A stretch of 64,000 nucleotides of DNA from Lytechinus pictus (taxonomy: Eukaryota): NCBI RefSeq assembly GCF_037042905.1, contig NC_087245.1, forward strand, positions 17,734,001 through 17,798,000. Direction: 5' to 3'. The notes under the pieces are model-generated. The model was not told the origin of the DNA. It worked only from the letters and a program-made list of their open reading frames with translations, and searched no databases. Every line of letters starts with the position of its first letter. Positions within the stretch are counted from its first letter, which is position 1. A program made the position numbers and the translations under genes. Shown here one piece after another: positions 27,412 through 38,099 of this stretch.

Positions 27412-27536
27412 CATTGGCGGCGGAAACCAAACAATTTAGGGGGACCACCAAAATTTTTTGACAAGCAAAGAAAAAAAAGGTCATCAACGAAAATTTTAGG
27501 GCGGATCGTCCCCCCCCCCCGCTTCCGCCGCCTATG
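27412..27536. mobile_element. Short MITE
   Basis: CATTGGCGGCGGAA / TTCCGCCGCCTATG TIRs; no clear TSD. Confidence 0.6.
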
Positions 27537-28067
27537 GGCCTATGTCCCCTTATATCATAAGATTTCGTACAATTATTATTGTAAGGGGCGGTATAGTATC
27601 TAAATAATTACCTGTAGTGAAAAGGATGGAAATAAAAATATTTGCTAGGCTATTTGGATTACAGTTGCTCATTTCACCTTTCTTTAGATGGGTATAATTA
27701 TGACCGGTTCCCTCAAGCCATTTGGCGCATCTTCCTGTTCTTATATGCTAAAGAGATACTGTAACCGGGCAAACTGCTTTTTTGCACCAAATATGCAAAC
27801 GTCTATACATGTTATTCATTGGCAGCGGATTGACCCAATCCTGTGCAGTCTTCTTCCTTTTCTTGAACCATGGATCATGTTTTTCATTGTTCCTTTAATG
27901 TCTCATCGAGAATGGTACTACTATCAATGTTTCTTCTAGACCAGACCGGTTTTGCTAATGTTTTTGCTCTCTTCCATTCATCTATGATCTTCCATGTTTC
28001 TCCTACACGAAGATCTTTCCCAACACAATCACCATCGGTAATTGTTTTTTATGTCAATATCGTATAG

Positions 28068-28290
28068 ATACTCCCATGGATGCATCACCACCCCAAGAAA
28101 CTCCTGGTGGAGGAAGTTCGACAACTTCACCAGAACTTTCATCCAGTGGATCAACTGAAGCTTCGTCAGAACAAGCAATGACCCCAATGACAGGCTCTTC
28201 AACTACTCCATCAGAACATACGACAGACGATGCAGCGACAACTTTGTCACACCCTACAACATTCCTTCTACGGAGGCTTTACCTGAAACC
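28068..28290 (+). CDS. FReD exon 3, 5' part: mucin-like Ser/Thr stalk
   Basis: TAG acceptor, phase 1; DTPMDASPPQETPGGGSSTTSPELSSSGSTEAS...; apparent frameshift near 28260 (continues as PSTEALPET in another frame); ends at the TSD of the insertion. Confidence 0.8.
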
Positions 28291-31200
28291 TATGAGGCGC
28301 CGAATGTACCAATATTATATAGAACAATTATTTGTTATATAATCATTATTTATTAAATAATAACTATTATTTATATATAATTTACATTTTATTTGTAAAT
28401 AACTACTATTATATAAAATATCATTTCTAATTATTTATATATAATTCCAAGTAATACTTCATTATTTGTAAATAATAATAGTTCGACATTCCATTATTTA
28501 TAAATAATGATTATTTGTTTTTCATTATTTATAAATAATGATTATTTGTTTTTCATTATTTATAAATAATGATTATTTGTTTTTCATTATTTACAAATAA
28601 TGATTATTTGTTTTTCATTATTTATAAATAATGATTATTTGTTTTTCATTATTTATAAATAATGATTATTTGTTTTTCATTATTTATAAATAATTTGTTG
28701 AGTTTTCCATTATTTATAAATAATGATTATTTGTTAAATAATGAAAACGTCTACTTCATTATTTATAAATAATTTTTTCGAGTGCACCATTATTCTCATT
28801 ATTTATAAATAATCATTATTTAATGTTCGAGTTTTCCATTATTTATAAATAAAGATTATTTGTTAAATAATGAAATATCTACTTCATTATTTATAAATAA
28901 TAATTTTGTTTCAATATCCATTATTTATAAATAATCATTATTTATAAACAATTTTTACAGTTTGCCATTATATACAAATAATCATTATTTATATACAAAT
29001 AACCATTATTTATTAAATAATGCCATTATTTATTAAATAATGCCATTATTTATTAAATAATGGAAAACTCGCTATAACATGCAAATGTGGGACCGCCCAT
29101 GATATGAATATTCATGATGCGATTTCCTTTTTCGTGATTTTTCTTCACAAATTTTTGTCCATTTCCTCTTCATAATGACATTTCTTGAAGCAATTTTCTA
29201 GGGATATGGTCTGATTGTAATATTCTTCATTTTCTATATAACCTTGTCTTCGTAGAAATATCAAAAAGTGTAATTTTATACGATTTTTCCTACAGTTCAC
29301 AATCCCCATAGGCGCGCGTGTATCGTAGGGACAACCGGTGAATCGACGAAGTGCTCTTCATCGAAATACTACGTTGGTTGGTCCCCGGAAGTGGCGGGCG
29401 GAATTTAGCCCGAATCCTCGATGGAAGTCGATCAAGTGCATATGAGCTGAGAGAGTGAAATATCAGTGTACTTGTACAGGCCCTTCTACTTTTTATAAAT
29501 ATTTATTGTTGCTTTTTTTGTTAAGTTAATTTTTCCTGGTGTAGAGATAAGTTTCAGTTCTAATAATGCACTTCAAATACATTTTGGAGTGTCTGTTTGA
29601 GGCGTTTGGGGCGATTTCACCCTGGCCCCAAAATGCTCGCAACGACAATACGGGGCCATGGTGACCCCTAAATTTTTAAAAACTTATTTTTCTATTGAAA
29701 ATTATCACAAAATTCACCAAAAGTGTGCACGAAAGCCTTCGTATTTCACTTTTAAAACTCCAAAAAGTGCCCAAATGACAAGCTTGGTCGCTTCGCTGTG
29801 TCGCTTTCAACTTGAGAACGTTTACGCGTAGCTGCTTCCCCGGCCCCCACCCGGCCCCTCCTCCGAAAGAAATTCTGTATACGGCCATGCTCTAAAGAGC
29901 CTGGCACATTGATTTATGTACCGGTATACTTCATTTTCATTATTTTTATCTCATTATCATCATGGCCTTACGCAGAATTTTTTCCGGGGGGGGGGGTGGG
30001 GGAAGCAGGACGCGCGTAAACTTTCTCATAAAAATCTTAAAAAAGCGAAGCGACCAAGCTTGTCATTTGAGCTTGGCCGGTCGCCTCGCTGTCTCGCTTT
30101 CAAGATTTTTTTGAGAAACTTTACGCGCGTCCTAGCTGCTCCCCCCCCCCCCCCCCCCGGTAAAAATTCTGTGTAAGGCCATGATGATAATGTGATAAAA
30201 ATAATGAAAATGAAAAGTACATATAAATCAATGTGCCATATGCTCTTTTGAGCATGGCCGTTCACAGAATTTCTTTCGGGGGGTGGGGGCAGACGCGCGT
30301 AAACGTTCTCAAGTTGAAAGCGAGACAGCGAAGCGACCAAGCTTGTCATTTGGGCTTGGTCCCGTGGCTGTCTCGCTTTCAAGATTTTTTTGAGAAAGTT
30401 TACGCGCGTCATGCTCCGGCCCCGGCCCCCCTGGAAAAAAATTCTGCGTAAGGCCATGTTGATAATGAGATAAAAATAATGAAAATGAAGTATACATAAA
30501 TCAATGTGCCAGGCTCTTTAGAGCATGGCCGTATACAGAATTTCTTTCGGAGGAGGGGGGGGGGGGGGAAGCAGACGCGTAAACGTTCTCAAGTTGAAAG
30601 CGACACAGCGAAGCGACCAAGCTTGTCATTTGGGCACTTTTTGGAGTTTTAAAAGTGAAATACGAAGGCTTTCGTGCACACTTTTGGTAAATTTTGTGAT
30701 AATTTTCAATAGAAAAATAAGTTTTTAAAAATTTAGGGGTCACCATGGCCCCGTATTGTCGTTGCGAGCATTTTGGGGCCAGGGTGAAATCGCCCCAAAC
30801 GCCTCAAACAGACACTCCAAAATGTATTTGAAGTGCATTATTAGAACTGAAACTTATCTCTACACCAGGAAAAATTAACTTAACAAAAAAAGCAACAATA
30901 AATATTAATAAAAAGAAGAAGGGCCTGTACAAGTACACTGATATTTCACTCTCTCAGCTCATATGCACTTGATCGACTTCCATCGAGGATTCGGGCTAAA
31001 TTCCGCCCGCCACTTCCGGGGACCAACCAACGTAGTATTTCGATGAAGAGCACTTCGTCGATTCACCGGTTGTCCCTACGATACACGCGCGCCTATGGGG
31101 ATTGTGAACTGTAGGAAAAATCGTATAAAATTACACTTTTTGATATTTCTACGAAGACAAGGTTATATAGAAAATGAAGAATATTACAATCAGACCATAT

Positions 31201-32113
31201 CCCTAGAAAATTGCTTCAAGAAATGTCATTATGAAGAGGAAATGGACAAAAATTTGTGAAGAAAAATCACGAAAAAGGAAATCGCATCATGAATATTCAT
31301 ATCATGGGCGGTCCCACATTTGCATGTTATAGCGAGTTTTCCATTATTTAATAAATAATGGCATTATTTAATAAATAATGGCATTATTTAATAAATAATG
31401 GTTATTTGTATATAAATAATGATTATTTGTATATAATGGCAAACTGTAAAAATTGTTTATAAATAATGATTATTTATAAATAATGGATATTGAAACAAAA
31501 TTATTATTTATAAATAATGAAGTAGATATTTCATTATTTAACAAATAATCTTTATTTATAAATAATGGAAAACTCGAACATTAAATAATGATTATTTATA
31601 AATAATGAGAATAATGGTGCACTCGAAAAAATTATTTATAAATAATGAAGTAGACGTTTTCATTATTTAACAAATAATCATTATTTATAAATAATGGAAA
31701 ACTCAACAAATTATTTATAAATAATGAAAAACAAATAATCATTATTTATAAATAATGAAAAACAAATAATCATTATTTATAAATAATGAAAAACAAATAA
31801 TCATTATTTGTAAATAATGAAAAACAAATAATCATTATTTATAAATAATGAAAAACAAATAATCATTATTTATAAATAATGAAAAACAAATAATCATTAT
31901 TTATAAATAATGGAATGTCGAACTATTATTATTTACAAATAATGAAGTATTACTTGGAATTATATATAAATAATTAGAAATGATATTTTATATAATAGTA
32001 GTTATTTACAAATAAAATGTAAATTATATATAAATAATAGTTATTATTTAATAAATAATGATTATATAACAAATAATTGTTCTATATAATATTGGTACAT
32101 TCGGCGCCTTATA
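28291..32113. mobile_element. 3.8-kb foldback element (arms about 1.7 kb), IS3EU-like termini, inserted in FReD exon 3
   Basis: TATGAGGCGCCGAATGTACC / GGTACATTCGGCGCCTTATA; 6-bp TSD GAAACC at 28285-28290 and 32114-32119; arms nearly identical; 31-bp AT-rich tandem repeats; no coding capacity. Confidence 0.93.
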
Positions 32114-32119
32114 GAAACC

Positions 32120-32267
32120 ACAACAAAAGGAACTTCAGGTGTGAATTCGTGTAAGACGCTCTATTCAATGGGGAAGTGGTGTCTATGCCATCTCTCCTAG
32201 CGGTGTGGGACTGACCGATGTCTACTGCGATATGACCACTGAAAGCGGAGGGTGGACAATCTTCCAG
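32120..32267 (+). CDS. FReD exon 3, 3' part: start of the fibrinogen C domain
   Basis: [18 protein letters not shown], frameshift near 32174, then [31 protein letters not shown] and a CAG|GTA donor. VYCDM..GGWT.FQ is the FBG signature. Confidence 0.92.
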
Positions 32268-32780
32268 GTACGTTCTGCCAGGTTCTCGGTGTGAAATTAA
32301 TCTATCCGATGTTTATGATTTATTAAGATGGTCAATATTTTTGCTTAATCGCATCTTTTTTTCCTTTTTCTTTTCTTTTCTTTTTTAAAAAGAACTTTCG
32401 CTCTATCCACCATTTCATTCTGGCCTCTTCATCATGTTAATATAGGCCAAATAAAACAGTAAATCTTTTCAAAATGAATGAATCTTTGTTCATTTTTCTT
32501 CAAATGTTCATCATATTCATTCCATAATATTTATTTCACATTTTTGCACTTAACAACCACGTGTATCACTTGTTCTCTCTTCTACACATTCTCTCCAATC
32601 ACTCTATTTAATGACTATTGGCAATTCAATGTATGTTTGCAAGTCTCTAACAATAAAAGAAACAAACGGGAACAGCATTTCAATTAATACAACCATTTAA
32701 TAGGAATAACAGATCAAATAAATATATCATACAAATCTATTACAATTATAAGGATTAGTTCATCCTGCTAATACTACAGT

Positions 32781-34950
32781 AGGATAAATTCATCTTAATT
32801 TCAAGGCTACATGAGGATAAATTTATCCTAATTTCAAGGCTACGCAAGGATAAATTTATCCTAATTTCAAGGCTGCACGAGGATAAATTTATCTTAATTT
32901 CAAGGATACACGAGGATAAATTTATCCTAATTTCAAAGCTACATGAGGATAAATTTATCTTCGTTTCAAAGCTACATGAGGATAAATTTATCTTAATTTC
33001 AAAGCTTCACGAGGATAAATTTATCCTAATTTCAAGGCTACGCGAGGATAAATTTATCTTAATTTCAAAGCTACACGAGGATAAATTTATCTTAATTTCA
33101 AGGCTACATGAGGATAAATTTATCTTAATTTCAAAGCTACATGAGGATAAATTTATCTTAATTTCAAAGCTTCACGAGGATAAATTTATCTTAATTTCAA
33201 GGCTACACGAGGATAAATTTATCTTTATTTCAAGGATACACGAGGATAAATTTATCTTAATTTCAAGGCTTCATGAGGATAAATTTATCCTAATTTCAAG
33301 AATACACGAGGATAAATTTATCCTTATTTCAAAGCTACATGAGGATAAATTTATCTTAGTTTAAAAGCTACATGAGGATAAATTTATCTTAACTTCAAGG
33401 CTACACGAGGATAAATTTATCCTAATTTCAAGGCTACACGAGGATAAATTTATCCTAATTTCAAGGCTACATGAGGATAAATTTATCCTAATTTCAAGGC
33501 TACGCGAGGATAAATTTATCTTAATTTCAAGGTTTCATGAGGGTAAATTCATCCTAATTTCAAGAATACACGAGGATAAATTTATCCTAATTTCAAAGCT
33601 ACATGAGGATAAATTTATCTTCGTTTCAAAGCTACATGAGGATAAATTTATCTTAACTTCAATGCTACATGAGGAGAAATTTATCCGAATTTCAAGGCTA
33701 CACGAGGATAAATTTATCCTAATTTCAAGGCTACACGAGGATAAATTTATCTTAATTTCAGTCTACATGAGGATAAATTTATCCTAACTTCAAGGCAACA
33801 TGAGGATAACTTTATCTTAATTTCAAGGCTACATGAGGATAAATTTATCTTAATTTGAAAGCTACATGAGGATAAATTTATCTTAATTTCAAAGCTACAC
33901 GAGGATAAATTTATCCTAATTTCAAGGCTACACGAGGATAAATTTATCCTAATTTCAAGGCTACATGAGGATAAATTTATCCTAATTTCAAGGCTACACG
34001 AGGATAAATTTATCTTAATTTCAAAGTTACACGAGGATAAATTTATCCTAATTTCATGGCTACACGAGGATAAATTAATCTTAATTCAAGGCTTCATGAG
34101 GATAAATTTATCCTAATTTCAAAGCTACACGAGGATAAATTTATCCTAATTTCAAGGCTACACGAGGATAAATTTATCCTAATTTCAAGGCTACATGAGG
34201 ATAAATTTATCCTAATTTCAAGGCTACACGAGGATAAATTTATCTTAATTTCAAAGTTACACGAGGATAAATTTATCCTAATTTCATGGCTACACGAGGA
34301 TAAATTAATCTTAATTCAAGGCTTCATGAGGATAAATTTATCCTAATTTCAAGGCTACACGAGGATAAATTTATCTTAATTTCAGTCTACATGAGGATAA
34401 ATTTATCCAAACTTCAAGGCAACATGAGGATAAATTTATCTTAATTTCAAGGCTACATGAGGATAAATTTATCTTAATTTGAAAGCTACATGAGGATAAA
34501 TTTATCTTAATTTCAAAGCTACACGAGGATAAATTTATCCTAATTTCAAGGCTACACGAGGAAAAATTTATCCTAATTTCAAGGCTACATGAGGATAAAT
34601 TTATCCTAATTTCAAGGCTACACGAGGATAAATTTATCTTAATTTCAAAGTTACACGAGGATAAATTTATCCTAATTTCATGGCTACACGAGGATAAATT
34701 AATCTTAATTCAAGGCTTCATGAGGATAAATTTATCCTAATTTCAAGGCTACACGAGGATAAATTTATCCTAATTTCAAGGCTACATGAGGATAAATTTA
34801 TCTTGATTTTAAAGCTACACGAGGATAAATTTATCTTAATTTCAAAGCTACATGAGGATAAATTTATCTTTATTTCAAGGCTACACAAGGATAAATTTAT
34901 CTTATTTCAAAGCTACATAAGGAAAAAAATTATCTTCATTTCAAAGCCAC
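32781..34950 (+). repeat. 33-bp tandem array (GAGGATAAATTTATCYTAATTTCAARGCTACAY)n, about 65 units
   Basis: Directly visible; each unit has the 16-bp palindrome AGGATAAATTTATCCT or a one-base variant. Unit count estimated from length. Confidence 0.97.
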
Positions 34951-35067
34951 AGCAATTACACAATTCACCTTAGAATAATTTAACACTTGGTTATTTCATT
35001 GGGTGGCAAATGACATTTATGATTAAATTTGCATTGGACTTGTAGACAAGAGTAAGTTTTTCATTAA

Positions 35068-35650
35068 AGGTCAAGTCCACCCCAGGAAAATGCTGACTTG
35101 AATCAATAGAGAAAAATCAAACTAGCATAGTGCTAAAAATTTCATCAAAATCAGATGTAAAATAAGAAAGCTATGACATTTAAAGTTTCGCTTATTTTTC
35201 ACAAAACAGTAATATGCACAACTAGGTGAGTCAGTCGATGATGTCCATCACTCACTATATCTTTTTTTTTTATTGTTTGAATTATACAATATTTCATTTT
35301 TTTATAGATTTGACAATAAGGACCAACTTGACTGAACCATGGAGTATTAAACAGTGCTAATTCCACATGTTCAGGGAGGAATTAATCGTTGTACCACTTG
35401 ACAATGAGAAGAAAATTATAATATTTCATATAATAAAATACAAAAGATATAGTGAGTGGATGACGTCATGGTCACCTCATTTGCATACCCGCCAGGATGT
35501 GCATATAACTATTTCGTGAAATTAAGCTAAACTTTAAAAAGTCATAACTTTTTTATTTTACATCCAATTTTGATGAAATTTTCAGTGTTATGCTTGTTGG
35601 ATTTTTCTTGTTTTATTCAAATCAACTTTTTGTAGGGATGAACTTGTCCT
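35068..35650. mobile_element. Kolobok-like MITE
   Basis: TTAA|AGGTCAAGTCCACCCC ... GGGATGAACTTGTCCT|TTAA: TTAA TSD with purine-purine start. Confidence 0.8.
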
Positions 35651-35757
35651 TTAACTTGTGGCCTGTGGTGCATGTTCAAAATTATGTAAACAACATGTAT
35701 GTAACTATGTACCCGGGTTAACAAATTTGTAAAATAATCTGTGACAGCTCTCCTGTC

Positions 35758-35926
35758 CTGGGCGTTGTGGCTTGCGCCTGTAATCCAAGCTGTGGGGAAG
35801 TTACAAATTGATGCAGAGGTTCGAGCCCTGGTCACGTCTTTCAGATTGTGATGTTAAAGGTCGGTCCCAGACGTATATAATCATATCTGATTGATACACG
35901 TCTGACAAAACTCGAATACACACACA
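35758..35926 (+). mobile_element. Putative 7SL (SRP RNA)-derived SINE
   Basis: Head CTGGGCGTTGTGGCTTGCGCCTGTAATCCAAGCT resembles the 7SL/Alu 5' domain; B-box-like GGTTCGAGCC; (CA)n tail; 9-bp TSD TCTCCTGTC at 35749-35757 and 35927-35935. Confidence 0.75.
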
Positions 35927-36319
35927 TCTCCTGTCTTCCAGAGACTTCTCACTGTCCTTCCCAATTCAGTTGTGGTACTTCTGAGTTCTGTAATGACATT
36001 TAAGGAGAAAAAAAATATTTCAACTCTATACAGCAATTAGTTTTTGTGTCAAATTTTGAAATGCAAAGGTTTTTCATATTGTAATATGAATGATTTGTAC
36101 TGATAGTAATCAATTTTATTTACATCACATTCACTGTTAACCTTAAGATGGGCTAGCTTTTGTGGCTACTCCACGGCCAGATGGTTGTATACACGTACCC
36201 AACCCTTGCCCCCCCCCAAAAAAAAAAAAAAAAAACCTGCAGCTGAACGAGCACATAATTTCAACAATGGTAATGTGAGATGTATTCTGCAAAGCGATTT
36301 TGCTTACTTTTCTAAACTA

Positions 36320-36577
36320 AGACAAGGCATAACATAAGCGATTTTGTGTCTCGCCCACTTATGAAAATAACCAGAAATATCATGATTTGCAAGGGCACGC
36401 AACATATATAATTATTATTATAATAATTATTTATAATCAATTTTAGTATTTGTTAAATAATAACAATAACAATTTTTATCTATAAATTGTTCTTCAAAAC
36501 GGCATTTTGTAACATCACTAATCGCAGGTACGTAATGAAGCGATTGATGGGCGAGACCTATTGTATTTGCTTTGTTG
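36320..36577. mobile_element. Small element with subterminal inverted repeats (Helentron/HINE-like)
   Basis: GTCTCGCCCA near the left end and TGGGCGAGAC near the right end; ACAAGGCA / TGCTTTGT termini. Confidence 0.45.
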
Positions 36578-36945
36578 ACAAACGGATGAGAGATCTACGA
36601 GAGATCGGTCTGGTAAGAAACCTTCCATTTTTCGCCTTTTCATTAACCAATTTTGGAAACTTTCATACCCATTAGGCGTATGAAGGTGTAAAAAAAAAAA
36701 ATCAAAATCATTTACGTGATTTTTATCTTAAAAGATGGATTTCCTAGGGAAATCCATCTTTGTTTACAAGTGTCTCTTTAAATGGCAGGCGGTTCAAGGC
36801 TCTATGATGAAGAAGTATGTCAAAATATTAAAAAATTATCATCATGGTCATGGAGTCCTCAAGACTATCGACTAGGACCTACATTAAAAGTCATTATCTC
36901 ACTCACTCAGGCACACATTATCATTGAAATTTACAATATCTCACC

Positions 36946-37208
36946 TCCATCATCTCTTTGTTTAGCCGGACGGAAACGACAGGCCTGTTGTACACTTCCC
37001 CAGTCCTCTTCCATTGAGCAAGTTGCCCGTTGACTTGAAGAAACAAAGTGTGGACTCCGAGTTCATGTCCCTTTACTCGTCGCTTTCGCTCGAACTGCTT
37101 GGCTGGCTCTGCTGGGACGGCCGCGCCCGGGAGCGAGTGACCACAGACAGTGAACGAATACGGCACGACCACTACCGGTACCAGCTGAAGAAGATGAACC
37201 TCTCGTAG
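36946..37208. other. GC-rich exon-like island of unknown identity inside the giant element
   Basis: Plus strand: TTTAG acceptor then an 80-codon open frame to TAG (36966-37208). Minus strand: 116-aa ORF containing a GAG|GTGAG donor near 36945. Strand unresolved. Confidence 0.35.
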
Positions 37209-37510
37209 TTTTAACTCGTAATTAAAAATGTCAATAATAACGCGTAAGAGAACTTCAGAAGATAGAAACACTTAAACAGTAAAACGTGATCCAAAACAAA
37301 AACAATGTCGAGAAGAGCTATATTTTGGCTTAATCAAGGACAAGGTTATCGAGAGCGGTTTGTAATCAACAGATGTCATGTTGTGAAAAAACAAGTATGC
37401 GTTCGAGGACGACCGGTCCGTGGCCGTGGCAGCGGTGCGCTGTATGCATGTGCAGCGATGTGCAGCATGCGTGACACATCCCCTATTGTTAGCGAGAGCA
37501 GGGCTATTAT

Positions 37511-38099
37511 ACAAATATACAATGACACCCGAGGATCTGGCTAAAACTATTCGCATCGAAGGAACATCACATAGTACTATTCTCCCGAGGGCCATCGGCC
37601 CGAGGGAGAATAGTACTATGTGATGTTCCTGAGTGCGAATAGTTTTAGCCTGTTCCGAGAATGGGTCATTGTATATTTGTTTTATATCCCTTCCACTCAT
37701 ACCATTTTACAGCGAAACGATTTTTAATAAGTCGATATAGAACAATCGTTGAGAAGTTGAGAAAATGATAGGTCTTGCCGTATGGATCGTCTGTTCAGCG
37801 AGCGCACCTCGCCCGGTACCTGGTTAGTGCAGCTCGCCGAAAGTTTCCCGTGGCATGCAGTGGAGAGTACCGTCTGGCTGAGCAGCGCTCTGCTCGCATC
37901 GCACCGCACAGCTCGCGAATCGCGAGGTAGGGGGGGTCAAAAAAACGTATAGTTCACTTTTTCCCTAGGGAAAAAACGGACTATGCGTGACGTCAGCAAG
38001 GAAAATGAACTATTTCATGGCAAACGTTTTTCGTAGTAAAACTATTCCTTTTCTCCTTGTGTACACTCTCAATACAACGATCTTAAGTAAGGGATATAA
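37511..38099. mobile_element. Hairpin-ended non-autonomous element (Crypton- or Helentron-like, uncertain)
   Basis: 170-bp imperfect palindrome 37511-37680 with 26-bp perfect inner arms; separate 11-bp inverted repeat TTATATCCCTT (37682-37692) / AAGGGATATAA (38089-38099). Confidence 0.55.

Noticed and set aside
28076..28342. Stand-alone 88-aa ORF
   Set aside because: Part of FReD exon 3 reading out of frame into the inserted foldback element.
32781..34950. CRISPR-like array (palindromic repeat plus intervening sequence)
   Set aside because: The intervening 17 bp are variants of one sequence rather than unique spacers; no cas genes; eukaryotic context; the array is mirrored as part of a TIR.
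35800..35840. tRNA gene suggested by GGTTCGAGCCC
   Set aside because: No cloverleaf can be formed; it is a B-box-like motif inside the SINE.
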